From: a virus
Taxonomy: Duplodnaviria; Caudoviricetes
Direction: 5' to 3' (one strand)
IMG/VR virus record: IMGVR_UViG_3300020379_000013
Span: 1-45,794 of that record
DNA length: 45,794 nucleotides
Both the position numbers and the translations under genes were made by a program. The notes under the pieces were generated by a model. The model was not told the DNA's origin. It saw only the letters and a program-made list of their open reading frames with translations, and did no database searches. How positions within the stretch are numbered: position 1 is the first letter of the stretch; every line of letters starts with the position of its first letter. This document shows, piece by piece, positions 32,801-39,820 of this stretch.

Positions 32801-35800
32801 TTCATCCGCTTCACCGTAAAACTCTGATCCTACAAAGTATGGGAATGCGGGATAACCAGTGGTTCCTGTAATAGTTGTAAAGTAAGCATACACTCCATTT
32901 GGATATTCTGGAGTTACGCAGTATCTGCCATTGTAACGGTCTAAATCACCAAGACCTTCCACATATTCATAATCCTCAAGATATGTGCCTAGAGGGTCAC
33001 TGAGACCGCTTAGAATAGACGCTCTTGATGTCTTTACTCTGTAACTACTTCTAATACGTTTATATGAGTTGAAAGGTGCGGTATTCTCAGGATCTTCATA
33101 TCCGTAAGGTCCGTAGATAGGATGTCCGTCATACGCCCAACCAATAATAGGTGAGTGCACTGTAGGAGGTAATTCCTGCAGAGCTCCGTTATTATCTAAA
33201 CCAATACTATCCTTAAGTAAGAATCTTAGTTGCTTAGGATTATAGAGGTAACCATATTCGCCATTGAAGATTAGATAGTTCTCACCTTGGAATGTAGCAC
33301 CACCGTATACGTCTGTAGTCTTGGGTGATACAAATGTATTACTGCCTAGTTCATTACCTGTTGCTGCTTCATTGACAGATAGTTCTGTAAGTCTAGTCTG
33401 GAAACGTGCACCTGAGCCAGGATATACAATATCAATCCTAGTAGAACCCGCTGTATAACCAACACCCTTACTTGATACAGTAATACCAGTAACAATATTA
33501 GAAGATAGATCTACAGTAGCAAATGCAGTCGCACCAACTCCGTCTCCTGTAATAATAACGTCTGGAGGACCGAAGTATCCACTACCACCGAATGTAACAA
33601 TTATACTCTCTATCTTACCGTTTAGTATTGATGGATAAGCAACAGCTCCGCTTCCACTTATCAGATTGATAGTTGGTTCGTATGTATACTGCGATCCTGC
33701 ATTATCAATAGTAATAGTATCTACAGGACCTCGACAAACTGCACTAGCAGTTGCACCACTTCCGCCTCCTCCTGATATGGATACCGTAGGAACGCTCGTA
33801 TATCCCGCACCACCATTCACAATAGTAATACCAGTTACGGAACCTTCCGTAATTTGTGCGGTAGCAAACGCTTGGTTTCCGCTAGTTGCACCACCACCGA
33901 CGATTGATACGATAGGTTGCGTAGTATATCCGCTTCCTCCACTCGTTACGTTGATAGAGGTTACGGAACCTGTAATAATTACGGATGCTTCTGCACTTGC
34001 TCCCTCATACTCCCAATCAATAGTTCCTACTGTTACTACTCCTAATGTGTGGATAGGATAGACTGTAGGTGATGATTTGCCAGGATTGAGTGATCTGTAT
34101 CTGTTTCCGTTATATGTTACTCTAAGACCAGATGCATACGTTGTATCTAACTTATACTCAGGTTCAAATTCTACAGTAGGTGGGTTTGTGATGTCATATC
34201 CAGATCCACCAATTATTTTCTCAATACTTTTTACACCACCAAACTTTTTCGTATTATTAGACTTAAATGAGAATAGTGGGACACCATTTGCACCAATACC
34301 AACTTGACCTACAGGAGTTGATGTTTTTTGTGATTTTATGCTTGGTTTAAGAGGAATACGTTTTAGATATCTCTGATTGCCAGGATCTAGGTCATTTGCA
34401 GCAAAAGGTCCTATCTTATGTGTAGGAATTCCTGTGCTTGCTACTATTGCATTAGAATCTGACTGATATGTGTTTTGAACGTCACCTGTAGTATCTTTGA
34501 TCGCTATATTGATAGATGTGTCATCACTCTTACCAAATGCAAATTCTCTAGCAATAAAGAACTCAATACCAGATATACCTTGTGCAGGAGATGATGAGAA
34601 GATAAACTCGAATGTAAAGTCGTCAACAATACCTACAACAGTGTGACTATTGTTGTAAATGTCTTCTGGAGCATTTAAGATTCTAACAGAGTCATCTCTG
34701 ACCAATCTATGCTTCTCTTTCGTCACTACCGTGCATCTTACCGATCCATTCGCTAATGGCGTTCCTAGGGTCGCTGAGACGCCTCTGAGAGCACGTCTTA
34801 CGTTGTATACAAAACTATCCCATATAGGATCAATGCTATCAAAGCCAGGTGCAAGGGGAGTAGTGACTTTTGAGTCTGGTAAGTAGTATCTACCACCAGT
34901 ATTCAGTATTACACCTCTAGTGCCACCAAATATCTTTAATTGTATCTCAGAACTGTCTACATTGGAAGAACCGTAGATTTTAAACGCAGCAATAACGTCT
35001 TGACCCGCATCATGTGCAATATTGACTGTATTGTCTCTAGCACGACTACATCCAAGGAATTGTGTAACTGTTTTATCGGTATAACTGATTATTTCGTCTT
35101 TTATCCTAAACTTACCATTTGTTTCAGGCCACCCTAGTGTAGAATCGACTGTAACAGTAGTATCTGTTAAATTAGCACCTAAATCCTCCGCTAACATCGT
35201 TTTATACGGAGTTACGAAGGTTCCTACTGAATTATTGGTATCTACGTCAATTTCATAGATTGTTCCAGTAGAAGTAAACACTTCTACGACGCCTTTTACG
35301 TAAATTCTTGCAAATCCGATATTTGGGTCGTTTGGATCTGCATCTTGATATAATACTTCGCCTACAAGTTCTATTGGGTTGCCTTTTAACGGAACTGCAC
35401 GAATAATTTCTCTAGAAGTGTAAAATGCATCACTAGGTTTGAATATTCTCTCTCTAGGGTATGATACTTCTGAGTCTACGCCAAATAATGCTCTTAATAC
35501 AAACTGGAATGATCTACTTGTTCCTTTTGACGAGTAGAAGTCCTTAATACGTTTTATTACAGTGCTTTCTGTTACGTTAGGTGCAAAATTCTTTGGAAAT
35601 GTGTTTAGGAACTGTTCCTTAAACTTCCCAAGCATGTAAATTGGGAAAATGTTGTTTAAGTTGACAACTTCTGTGCCTTGAGTGTGTGTTGCAGCTGTTG
35701 TAAACTCAAATCTGTAGTCTGCCTTCAATCCAACTGCCTTTACAGCGTTAAATCCACGCCCACAGTCTTGAAATAGTGTTGAACCCTTGCTTTGGTAGTA

Positions 35801-36184
35801 AATTATCTCATCATCTATCAATAAAAGTCCTTCTGACGGAAAATCACGTGTAGATTCAACGTCAATCGTTGTAGAATCTGCAGAAGTTGCAGAAATCAAC
35901 TTTGTAGTCGTAACTAGATCGCCATAATTGTCAATATTATAATAATCTGACCAGTTTTGAATTATATCAATGCAATATCCTTTTAATTCTTGCGATTTAT
36001 AGTATTCCTTGACAAAATCAATGAACGTAGGATACTCTTCCCGTATAAACGACGGAAATTGTCCTCTTATATGTGTTGATATTTTGGATCTAGATTCGGG
36101 ACTGACTTCCGATGGCACAGGCGGTTGTGTAACCGTTGTGGTAGGTGTCGTCCACGACCCAACTCTCCAAGAACTATTTGTCAT
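23813..36184 (-). CDS. gp7: Baseplate wedge initiator gp7-like, massively expanded (4123 aa) with inserted accessory modules
   Basis: Q.P.FIREEYP.F..F.KEYY N-terminus; IK.IKDFY.SKGT..SF.F..RALF; QEFSY.I.S......WK......HPAGFK; position between gp6 and gp8. Confidence 0.85.
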   Translation of the reverse strand: MTNSSWRVGSWTTPTTTVTQPPVPSEVSPESRSKISTHIRGQFPSFIREEYPTFIDFVKEYYKSQELKGYCIDIIQNWSDYYNIDNYGDLVTTTKLISATSADSTTIDVESTRDFPSEGLLLIDDEIIYYQSKGSTLFQDCGRGFNAVKAVGLKADYRFEFTTAATHTQGTEVVNLNNIFPIYMLGKFKEQFLNTFPKNFAPNVTESTVIKRIKDFYSSKGTSRSFQFVLRALFGVDSEVSYPRERIFKPSDAFYTSREIIRAVPLKGNPIELVGEVLYQDADPNDPNIGFARIYVKGVVEVFTSTGTIYEIDVDTNNSVGTFVTPYKTMLAEDLGANLTDTTVTVDSTLGWPETNGKFRIKDEIISYTDKTVTQFLGCSRARDNTVNIAHDAGQDVIAAFKIYGSSNVDSSEIQLKIFGGTRGVILNTGGRYYLPDSKVTTPLAPGFDSIDPIWDSFVYNVRRALRGVSATLGTPLANGSVRCTVVTKEKHRLVRDDSVRILNAPEDIYNNSHTVVGIVDDFTFEFIFSSSPAQGISGIEFFIAREFAFGKSDDTSINIAIKDTTGDVQNTYQSDSNAIVASTGIPTHKIGPFAANDLDPGNQRYLKRIPLKPSIKSQKTSTPVGQVGIGANGVPLFSFKSNNTKKFGGVKSIEKIIGGSGYDITNPPTVEFEPEYKLDTTYASGLRVTYNGNRYRSLNPGKSSPTVYPIHTLGVVTVGTIDWEYEGASAEASVIITGSVTSINVTSGGSGYTTQPIVSIVGGGATSGNQAFATAQITEGSVTGITIVNGGAGYTSVPTVSISGGGGSGATASAVCRGPVDTITIDNAGSQYTYEPTINLISGSGAVAYPSILNGKIESIIVTFGGSGYFGPPDVIITGDGVGATAFATVDLSSNIVTGITVSSKGVGYTAGSTRIDIVYPGSGARFQTRLTELSVNEAATGNELGSNTFVSPKTTDVYGGATFQGENYLIFNGEYGYLYNPKQLRFLLKDSIGLDNNGALQELPPTVHSPIIGWAYDGHPIYGPYGYEDPENTAPFNSYKRIRSSYRVKTSRASILSGLSDPLGTYLEDYEYVEGLGDLDRYNGRYCVTPEYPNGVYAYFTTITGTTGYPAFPYFVGSEFYGEADEVNWNGNGLQRNFNEDAIRYRAPFVGVDNITAKRKQLDDKIDFFLAMEDSTTLIVMETGETLTYIEDGIGYFSYYPFVRGGSADSLIVSSTNKFSSAGVNQYLVEGGGKEYKVNDRLQFDNTGTGGDGVSAIVSQIEGTTVNSVARFVGTYNDQFVAIVTTANSHLLQVGDRVDIKVTDNAATRTLTSKVINSNYHFKYFDLQSMKLLDAWAGTTAYVEGDLVHVANRVYVAASTGTSGASSPTHTTGTAGDGVLDWTYLRVRTDGNLFQDGWSSITGGSGYTNGTYINVPITTNGDGLLGKATIVVGSGAVQAVTITEFGYGYDIGDTISADDINIGNGGGSGFTITLTQVQREVQCHVSGINSHQLSAGDIVNISGVSPTSYNKTNYVVVRSETARKFTVKRNFAATSAANVTTGNSGNPADIYVKEPNLSVINGHSYIFDTSDASNSGQVLSFTLDPANTDIFTYKNIIEESRDPITNEQNSLTVKIVDLPGIFYYHDIKHTITAPNTFTVVVQNKTADHPLFGQGSGKGYWMTGDKYGSLAQSPSLTMSRGVTYTFLQNDSSNTTHAIYFSESEDAYGGTNRYEKGVVYRINGDVVSWDDYNANFGTAVSRSVEITPTVDSPNNLHYVCQNHAYMGNVISIKSDVSNSRYFSIINDPILGDQTVIAVSGTTEFSYSMAVAPEAGYGVGVSYDTSSIYPTGGVATITIGDSGRNYQSLPKLSGSSRSGSGATAVATISGGLSNVSISNNGSGYNQADLPTCVVTMPDFVDLTLENILGNFIKDEIIIGKEVQDNSTARGKVISWNPITSVLRIQPLRNTRVGAGQKGYIMFNAGKSYSINPSQIDAVGYADQFFFGAHDAKTGDPVKYVSAQTNPVSNLTVGQTYYIINIGDSDRVKLAETPQLAEVGTAITVTNSGTGTQEFKILSRVYTGGNSVAIINTISGTQSTVAAAVSGAGQVSSVTVTQAGTNYRNAPTVLFDDPYYGIIATVSIKTQSATNYGASQTYTGIQQKSIAGTSATGAEFTVATNGAGTVETVTVTNGGTAYNIADDITISGADLGGSDGADDLVIEPVTMTFNDVVQTKTLLDAAIDTITVTNSGSGYLSAPTISAQGGNGINSSLNALISNQGVSLINIEAGGQQYQSPPIINIEQKSGTGASILLKSSDMGEILKIGGENITFNYSHDRTLKPKLNTTYNLQLVRTQVIDYLEVVNGGANFVSQPEIILDGGQGSLFELEPIIQNEIIQAVEVNNSGRGFTSAPTVKAKVSHTFVALNSSSTINFPYNAKIPSGTKVTLVESSGTLPEPLVAGTTYFAVAATTANGLATNQIKLATSLANANTETTISFTSPPLGDPLTGQTYFLLETTDLGDNIIAYMKPATFSIGERIYQGASNTSFTAFGFIKNWDASGRVVSVELIEGDFVVGEPVFGEESGAFGQIHAFDRADAEFIVSPISTSSANWEKTTGFLDLNEQRVYDSNRFQEFSYNISSSININSWKNPLKFAAHPAGFKVVGTQVLLSSVKKEFRPRSTSNLNPSSQFDWWSPNTNTLGTTFNGTTFITPKPSAKNTGKLSKISNFALSKPDYTALVPTEVSIYGKQLLDVQKILSCISYKIDDISDRTLTFDGSSTTIVDSINDRITITNHGLLTGQQVTYFSGGDRFLDARDLIVNNIDYIVEETIGFLNALYPSLTYDQAKCARDTRLVIAAWTNDLKYGGNYFSVDAAQQYTDGTGIQHVAGEEAETIYAFNKARDLCLLAVTNDLPVGTYTDIVPQTDLSITNDSGGCADVKSAITIFAGIVTGAIADPTAALPTINAGNYPNNRAGTPIGGLTNASKYFVKVVDANTIELALTDGATSIDLTSQGSGVGHTLRCFIDGINDSFAVRVDGIDIGTKIGKTAATSQLLLAINGLIANPATYTFANNVVTFVTPPLSGSKVLAMYFDRSDYTSSFVLDQIGDEIKTFGAITGGSGYSDGVYTAVPLKNRLGSGVGATADITVTGGKVSGVVLNAAGNGYTDNDVLAISDPRVGEQLVKHFIPSTATYAPASGEMVLTIGSGHGLSAPSTHTPTGATYDPNTGLMVVTINDHGFVNGDFVKFADGAIKFSCTYSGGGNDDYPRSTDYASDRWLEAFDCTTNTFTVQVLDTIPSTNTDPHTFVSAVTNSVKKAVSTVRIANESLQFSCNYGGGGTASYPRPTDPIGTQGKMKDVPVEAVATTTITVNALNGTAPTNTDAHTWVGLSAYQFQPTDIAYTPSTGEMVLTLNGHPLIKGDRIFFANNSLTFTCGLDNNQTQHTYPRVGDPSEGAWHTIDAVTANTFTVNVGVSSDTSTHTFVSATSTAVTRAVVSYGVYKYSKVADAGNLLRLNQNFIATTAYGRMQAANPSFSAVYKTKCVRDTNLLIDAVADNVEFGGNDATYDAANFYVGTVHLGGEEDESVEVFNHARDICRQVMRNLTVTTNGDTVGTQIKDNTISNDSGSTSYSEACCVDTASTISTLWAIVTQAVGTTAGGSGNLNGITRTASTQPFFQVDVGSVTFDGQDAVFTTLSGGSTQILPPSDNFLIFLNSTLQIKGTTDAYTYTGSTLTFTEPPLAGMDFFGFYFGKLTQLDPIEPFFDSKKKTFTMKENTEPFSLESDNAAVQAQNNLIIFLNGVYQEPGVAYNLTGSIIEFSEAPRAGSDCILFIYTGSAADILVSNTYNAIDPEDRVKISSEGSDRLVAAVSSSTTIDSYEYTGLKPTVAEFSATVTGGQVTQVNITNQGSNYEVPPILIFQGGGGEGASAETTIETGSGRVLSVINLKGGAGYTSAPTVLVVHPLDLERKQRNRIISNSLSLGTSYLSSTLSQAGTTINLKNVYFNSSEKNGFPDEGEVLIPFYNTSVTPPVWTCERILYGSKDVSGNTLTVATGGRGAEGTTAAEHPVLTGTYTSSGLSCTVTTSSNHNLVTGQRFYLEFTSGTGFDGTYIVTVTGATTFTVEFPFSRTTSGNVSLLPEVRLRSL

Positions 36185-36190
36185 ATTAGA

Positions 36191-38041
36191 TTAATAGCTA
36201 GACTCTGGAATTACTCCTGTTCCAGATAAGTTTGAACCACTACTGATAGTATCTTCTACTACAGTAACTACTGAGTTATCTATACCCATAGTAATATAAG
36301 TTTCTCGGAGAGAAACCAAGTCATTTGACTTAGGTGTAGCTTTAATTTGTAATGTATTATTTGTTACACTAGTAGATTGTATTATCAAGTCATTAATTAC
36401 AATCTCTCCCATATCATAATCTACGGATCCCCATAATCCATCAATATACTCAAACTCACCAGTTCCTTTAACGTAGTAAAGTCTTAATGACCCTGCACCA
36501 TCGTCATTTAGGAAGTAAGTATTGATGTCATCACCCACAATCTTGAATCCACTCGATAATATAGTTGGATTTGTAGATGTTTGTTGGTTAATTCTGTTAC
36601 CGTAGCAAATACTGTAGTTTACACGAGTGTTTAGATCTACTGTAACGTTCTTTCTCATAGTAATACGAGTGATGTTAGAGGTAATTGACCTTTCTGCATC
36701 ATCAATAATGTTCTGAACCTTAGAATATTTGAATTTACCACCAAATTTATTAAATTCACCACTAGCATTCAGTGCATTTAGTGTAATTATGATAAGATTC
36801 TTTATTTCTGCAGGAGTTCTGCGTGTATTATTGGGATTGTAATACACAAAACTGTTCAAATCTACGTAAAGAACCGATGGATCAATGATTGTAGGTTGAA
36901 TTGCAGCAACAGAGAAGTCTCTGAGCTTCTTCAATACAGAATTTTTCTCAGAAAGTGATAATTTATCAGCATTTCTTGGTTTGATTGCCAAAAATACCTT
37001 ACCAAATTGGGGAGGTTCCGCTTCTTCTCCACCGTAACATGCAATTGACGCAACGTTTGGGTATATTTGCGGTATAATTGCCTCATAATCTTGAGTAGAA
37101 ACTGCTCTACCGAACGCAGAATAGAATTTTGGTGCGGAAAACTTGATAGATTCCGTAGATTCTGGTTCTGCTCCTCCATCTGGGAACGTAACTGTGCTAA
37201 TTGTAATGCCAGAAGTTATAGCATTGTTCAAATTATCTCTAAAAGTTCCGATATTTTCAAAAACTTTCAGTCCATTAGCACCAGCTCCTGCAGAAGTTGT
37301 ATATTTTACGGTTACAACGTCTCCATTCTCCAGTGCTTTTCCTATTACACCGTCTCCAAATAGTATTTCTGGTATCTGATACTCACTTTCTTCCAAGTAG
37401 AATACTTTAGATGTAGATGTAATCTTAGTAATGTCTGATACTTGTAGGTATTTCTCTGTAATTGTTCCAGAAGTTACCTCTACAATCATGCTTGTAGTAT
37501 CGACTCTATTGTTTGTTAGTATAAATCTCTGTCTCTGTGTCTCATTTTTTACAAAAGTATCTTGTAAGTATAGTCCTTCCGTTAATTCTAGGTTGTTGAA
37601 CGATGCAATTCCTGTTAAACTGTCTACAGATTGTGAAACATCTGTTGGAATAGAGAATACAAAGTTGTTATTATCGAGTCCTGTGAAGTTTAGAACCAAT
37701 CCTGCAGCAATTGTGACTGACTTAGGGTAAGGAAATGCAGTTTGAACTGCAATATTGACTGTAGTTCTTGCTGACTTTGCAGAATTTGGTGTGTAACCAA
37801 TCATTCTAGCAAGTTTTACAACGTTTTCTCGTAAAACTGCAGTCTCTAGGAACCCTTCATTGACCGCAAGGTTGGCATTTACTGCTGTGTAGTATGTGTT
37901 ATACGCTAATGTATCAATTAATACAGTAAGAGACGATCCTTCAAAGTCATAATCGCTAAATTGTGACTGCGATTTCAAATATTCTTTGATTTGTGCCTTG
38001 ATTTGGTTAAATTCAAGAGCATTGACTTGATTAAATGCCAT
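36191..38041 (-). CDS. gp6: Baseplate wedge subunit gp6
   Basis: F.DYDFEGS.L.VLID.LAYNTYY, LRENVV.LAR.IGYTP.S, FGDGVIGK, RAV..QDYE, P.FGKVF.AIKP. Confidence 0.93.
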   Translation of the reverse strand: MAFNQVNALEFNQIKAQIKEYLKSQSQFSDYDFEGSSLTVLIDTLAYNTYYTAVNANLAVNEGFLETAVLRENVVKLARMIGYTPNSAKSARTTVNIAVQTAFPYPKSVTIAAGLVLNFTGLDNNNFVFSIPTDVSQSVDSLTGIASFNNLELTEGLYLQDTFVKNETQRQRFILTNNRVDTTSMIVEVTSGTITEKYLQVSDITKITSTSKVFYLEESEYQIPEILFGDGVIGKALENGDVVTVKYTTSAGAGANGLKVFENIGTFRDNLNNAITSGITISTVTFPDGGAEPESTESIKFSAPKFYSAFGRAVSTQDYEAIIPQIYPNVASIACYGGEEAEPPQFGKVFLAIKPRNADKLSLSEKNSVLKKLRDFSVAAIQPTIIDPSVLYVDLNSFVYYNPNNTRRTPAEIKNLIIITLNALNASGEFNKFGGKFKYSKVQNIIDDAERSITSNITRITMRKNVTVDLNTRVNYSICYGNRINQQTSTNPTILSSGFKIVGDDINTYFLNDDGAGSLRLYYVKGTGEFEYIDGLWGSVDYDMGEIVINDLIIQSTSVTNNTLQIKATPKSNDLVSLRETYITMGIDNSVVTVVEDTISSGSNLSGTGVIPESSY

Positions 38042-38430
38042 TATGGTTTAAATGCTACTGTAATATCATCAAATTTAGGTTGTATGCCTAATATCAAGTA
38101 ATTTATGGATACATTGAACTCGTTACGATCCTCTTCAAACACTGTATTTACACTAACAGCGGTAACTCTAGGTTCATATACCTCTATTGCTTCTTCTAAA
38201 CGGTATTTAATCTCTAAATCCATTGTTGGTGTAAAATTCTCGAACAATAGACCAACTATGTTACCACCGAAGAACGGGTCAAAAGGTTTCTCAAAAAAAT
38301 TGTAGAGAACAATGTTCTTTACTGACTGTTTAATTGCAGCTTCGTTCTTCAATGACAACACATCGTTTGTCACAGCATTCTTTTCAAATGTTAGTGAAAA
38401 GTCCCTAAAGGACTTTGAAGTCAAAGCCAT
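38041..38430 (-). CDS. gp25: Baseplate wedge subunit gp25 (GPW/gp25 family)
   Basis: AIKQSVKNIV.....EKPFDP.FG.....LLFE and YEPRV motifs; directly upstream of gp6. Confidence 0.9.
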   Translation of the reverse strand: MALTSKSFRDFSLTFEKNAVTNDVLSLKNEAAIKQSVKNIVLYNFFEKPFDPFFGGNIVGLLFENFTPTMDLEIKYRLEEAIEVYEPRVTAVSVNTVFEEDRNEFNVSINYLILGIQPKFDDITVAFKP

Positions 38431-38457
38431 TGAAAACGCAATATACCTTCATCAATG

Positions 38458-38465
38458 TATTTATA
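38458..38465 (-). promoter_or_regulatory. T4-type late promoter TATAAATA
   Basis: Exact match upstream of gp25, overlapping the stop of the preceding ORF. Confidence 0.8.
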
Positions 38466-38628
38466 CTCGTTTCTCGAAAGGTTTACGTTTTCGCTCTAGT
38501 CTATCACTACGAGGATCAGTAATAAGGTATCTACAATACTCATTTCCTTCATCATAGAACTTATCTGACATATCTACAGGAACATTTGCATTCCTTTTAC
38601 CATCTATAATTCTTTTTGCCTTTCCCAT
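38461..38628 (-). CDS. Small hypothetical protein (55 aa, MGKAKRIIDG...)
   Basis: Start reassigned from 38691 to the ATG at 38628, which follows the PAAR stop and has a strong GGAGG SD. Confidence 0.7.
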   Translation of the reverse strand: MGKAKRIIDGKRNANVPVDMSDKFYDEGNEYCRYLITDPRSDRLERKRKPFEKRV

Positions 38629-38629
38629 T

Positions 38630-38920
38630 CTATCCTCCTGCAAATACGTCTTCTGAACCTTCAGCAACTGATGTGCATCCACTGATGCCATCTCCTACTC
38701 TACCACATCCTTTACCATTGACAAATACACTTGTGCTACCTGTTGCTATAGGAGCAGAGTGGCCAGGACAAGGTGAACCTGGCAATAGGTGTCCAGTATT
38801 ATTATCTCCCTGACGAGAGACTCCTATACCGTTTACGAATACATTAGTGCTTGCCCCTTGTCTGGTCATACCAGAACAATGAGTGACATCTGCATCTCCT
38901 TTACGTGTGACTGCGGGCAT
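38630..38920 (-). CDS. PAAR-repeat spike tip protein (T4 gp5.4-like)
   Basis: MPAVTRKGD, GSTSVFVNGK...RVGD...C.....GS.DVF, with His/Cys metal ligands. Confidence 0.92.
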   Translation of the reverse strand: MPAVTRKGDADVTHCSGMTRQGASTNVFVNGIGVSRQGDNNTGHLLPGSPCPGHSAPIATGSTSVFVNGKGCGRVGDGISGCTSVAEGSEDVFAGG

Positions 38921-39126
38921 TACTTCCTCTCTCTTGATACTAGTTCCTGTAAGTATTGTGTATACTTGCTCATCTCGTTATGTTCCTCCTCAGTATGAGG
39001 CGGTTCTGGCGATACAGGAGCAAACTTAATCAAATGGTCAAACTCATCTGGTAGGTCTCCACATCTATCAAACGTAAGGATTTCTCCCCCTTCTTTGATA
39101 ATGAACTCTCCTTGCAAATTCTCCAT
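38920..39126 (-). CDS. Hypothetical protein (68 aa), PAAR-adjacent
   Basis: Coupled to PAAR (TAATG); P..FDH.IKF.P..P..PHTEEEH motif. Confidence 0.7.
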   Translation of the reverse strand: MENLQGEFIIKEGGEILTFDRCGDLPDEFDHLIKFAPVSPEPPHTEEEHNEMSKYTQYLQELVSRERK

Positions 39127-39141
39127 GATAATCTTTTTAAT

Positions 39142-39148
39142 TATTTAG
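39142..39148 (-). promoter_or_regulatory. Late promoter variant CTAAATA
   Basis: TAAATA core about 16 nt upstream of the 68-aa/PAAR operon. Confidence 0.55.
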
Positions 39149-39167
39149 AGATATACGACGCGATTTT

Positions 39168-39290
39168 TTACCCAAAGGTTCCAACAGTATGTGCCTTACG
39201 CATCGGTGGATACTTATACTTCAAGCGAACTGGAACTGGTTTCTTAGTTACCTGTAAGTATATTCGTAGTAGTGTCTCAGTATCTACCAA
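39168..39290 (-). CDS. Small basic hypothetical protein (40 aa, TTG start; (M)VDTETLLRIYLQVTKKPVPVRLKYKYPPMRKAHTVGTFG)
   Basis: Hand-translated; fills the gap between co-directional genes; start overlaps the upstream stop and has a GGTGA SD-like site. Below the ORF-track cutoff. Confidence 0.55.
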   Translation of the reverse strand: MVDTETLLRIYLQVTKKPVPVRLKYKYPPMRKAHTVGTFG

Positions 39291-39550
39291 TTGACATCAC
39301 CATCGCTAGTCCTTTCTATAAGTTGGGTAATGCATTTATCGTGGTCACAAACAACATCAACAAGTTTCTCATACTTGTGATCATCAGATCTCTTCATATA
39401 AAGATTATAGTTGGACAGTTTAGATTCTAACTCTCCTACTTTTTCTGTCAGCTTGTCTATTGCTTTCCACGCTGCAGAGTGCCTCAAAAGTAACTCTTCA
39501 TACCTATCTCTGACATCTCTATCAACATGTGTGAAGTAGTCGCCTGACAT
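39284..39550 (-). CDS. Hypothetical coiled-coil protein (88 aa)
   Basis: GGAGG SD; coupled to the upstream ORF (TAATG). Confidence 0.7.
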   Translation of the reverse strand: MSGDYFTHVDRDVRDRYEELLLRHSAAWKAIDKLTEKVGELESKLSNYNLYMKRSDDHKYEKLVDVVCDHDKCITQLIERTSDGDVNW

Positions 39551-39747
39551 TAAATTTCCTCCTTGAATACTAATTGTTCATTATTATCATAGTTCAATCT
39601 CCAATCATCCGTGATGACATAGTAACCAATGATACTAGAACCATCACACCTATACCCATACGCTCTTACTTTTTGTCTTACATTGTCTATAAGAAATGTT
39701 TTGGTTCCATTTAGGTAAGTGGAGAACCGTTCGTCGAGGCGGATCAT
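39550..39747 (-). CDS. Hypothetical protein (65 aa)
   Basis: Directly downstream of a consensus promoter; co-directional with neighbours. Confidence 0.65.
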   Translation of the reverse strand: MIRLDERFSTYLNGTKTFLIDNVRQKVRAYGYRCDGSSIIGYYVITDDWRLNYDNNEQLVFKEEI

Positions 39748-39776
39748 AGGTCGGTGAAGAAGAGGTCAACTTGTGA

Positions 39777-39811
39777 TATTTATTATATCACCAATTCCTA
39801 ACATTTGTCAA
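39777..39811 (-). promoter_or_regulatory. Sigma70-type promoter TTGACA-N18-TATAAT with overlapping late-type ATAAATA
   Basis: Minus strand reads TTGACA AATGTTAGGAATTGGTGA TATAAT AAATA, including a TGn extended -10. Confidence 0.75.
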
Positions 39812-39820
39812 CGTTCACAG

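Noticed and set aside
1724-39294. Numerous 60-190 aa plus-strand ORFs over the structural genes
   Set aside because: Antisense shadows of Gly/Thr/Ser-rich minus-strand genes (Pro/Val-rich, no recognisable motifs or promoters).
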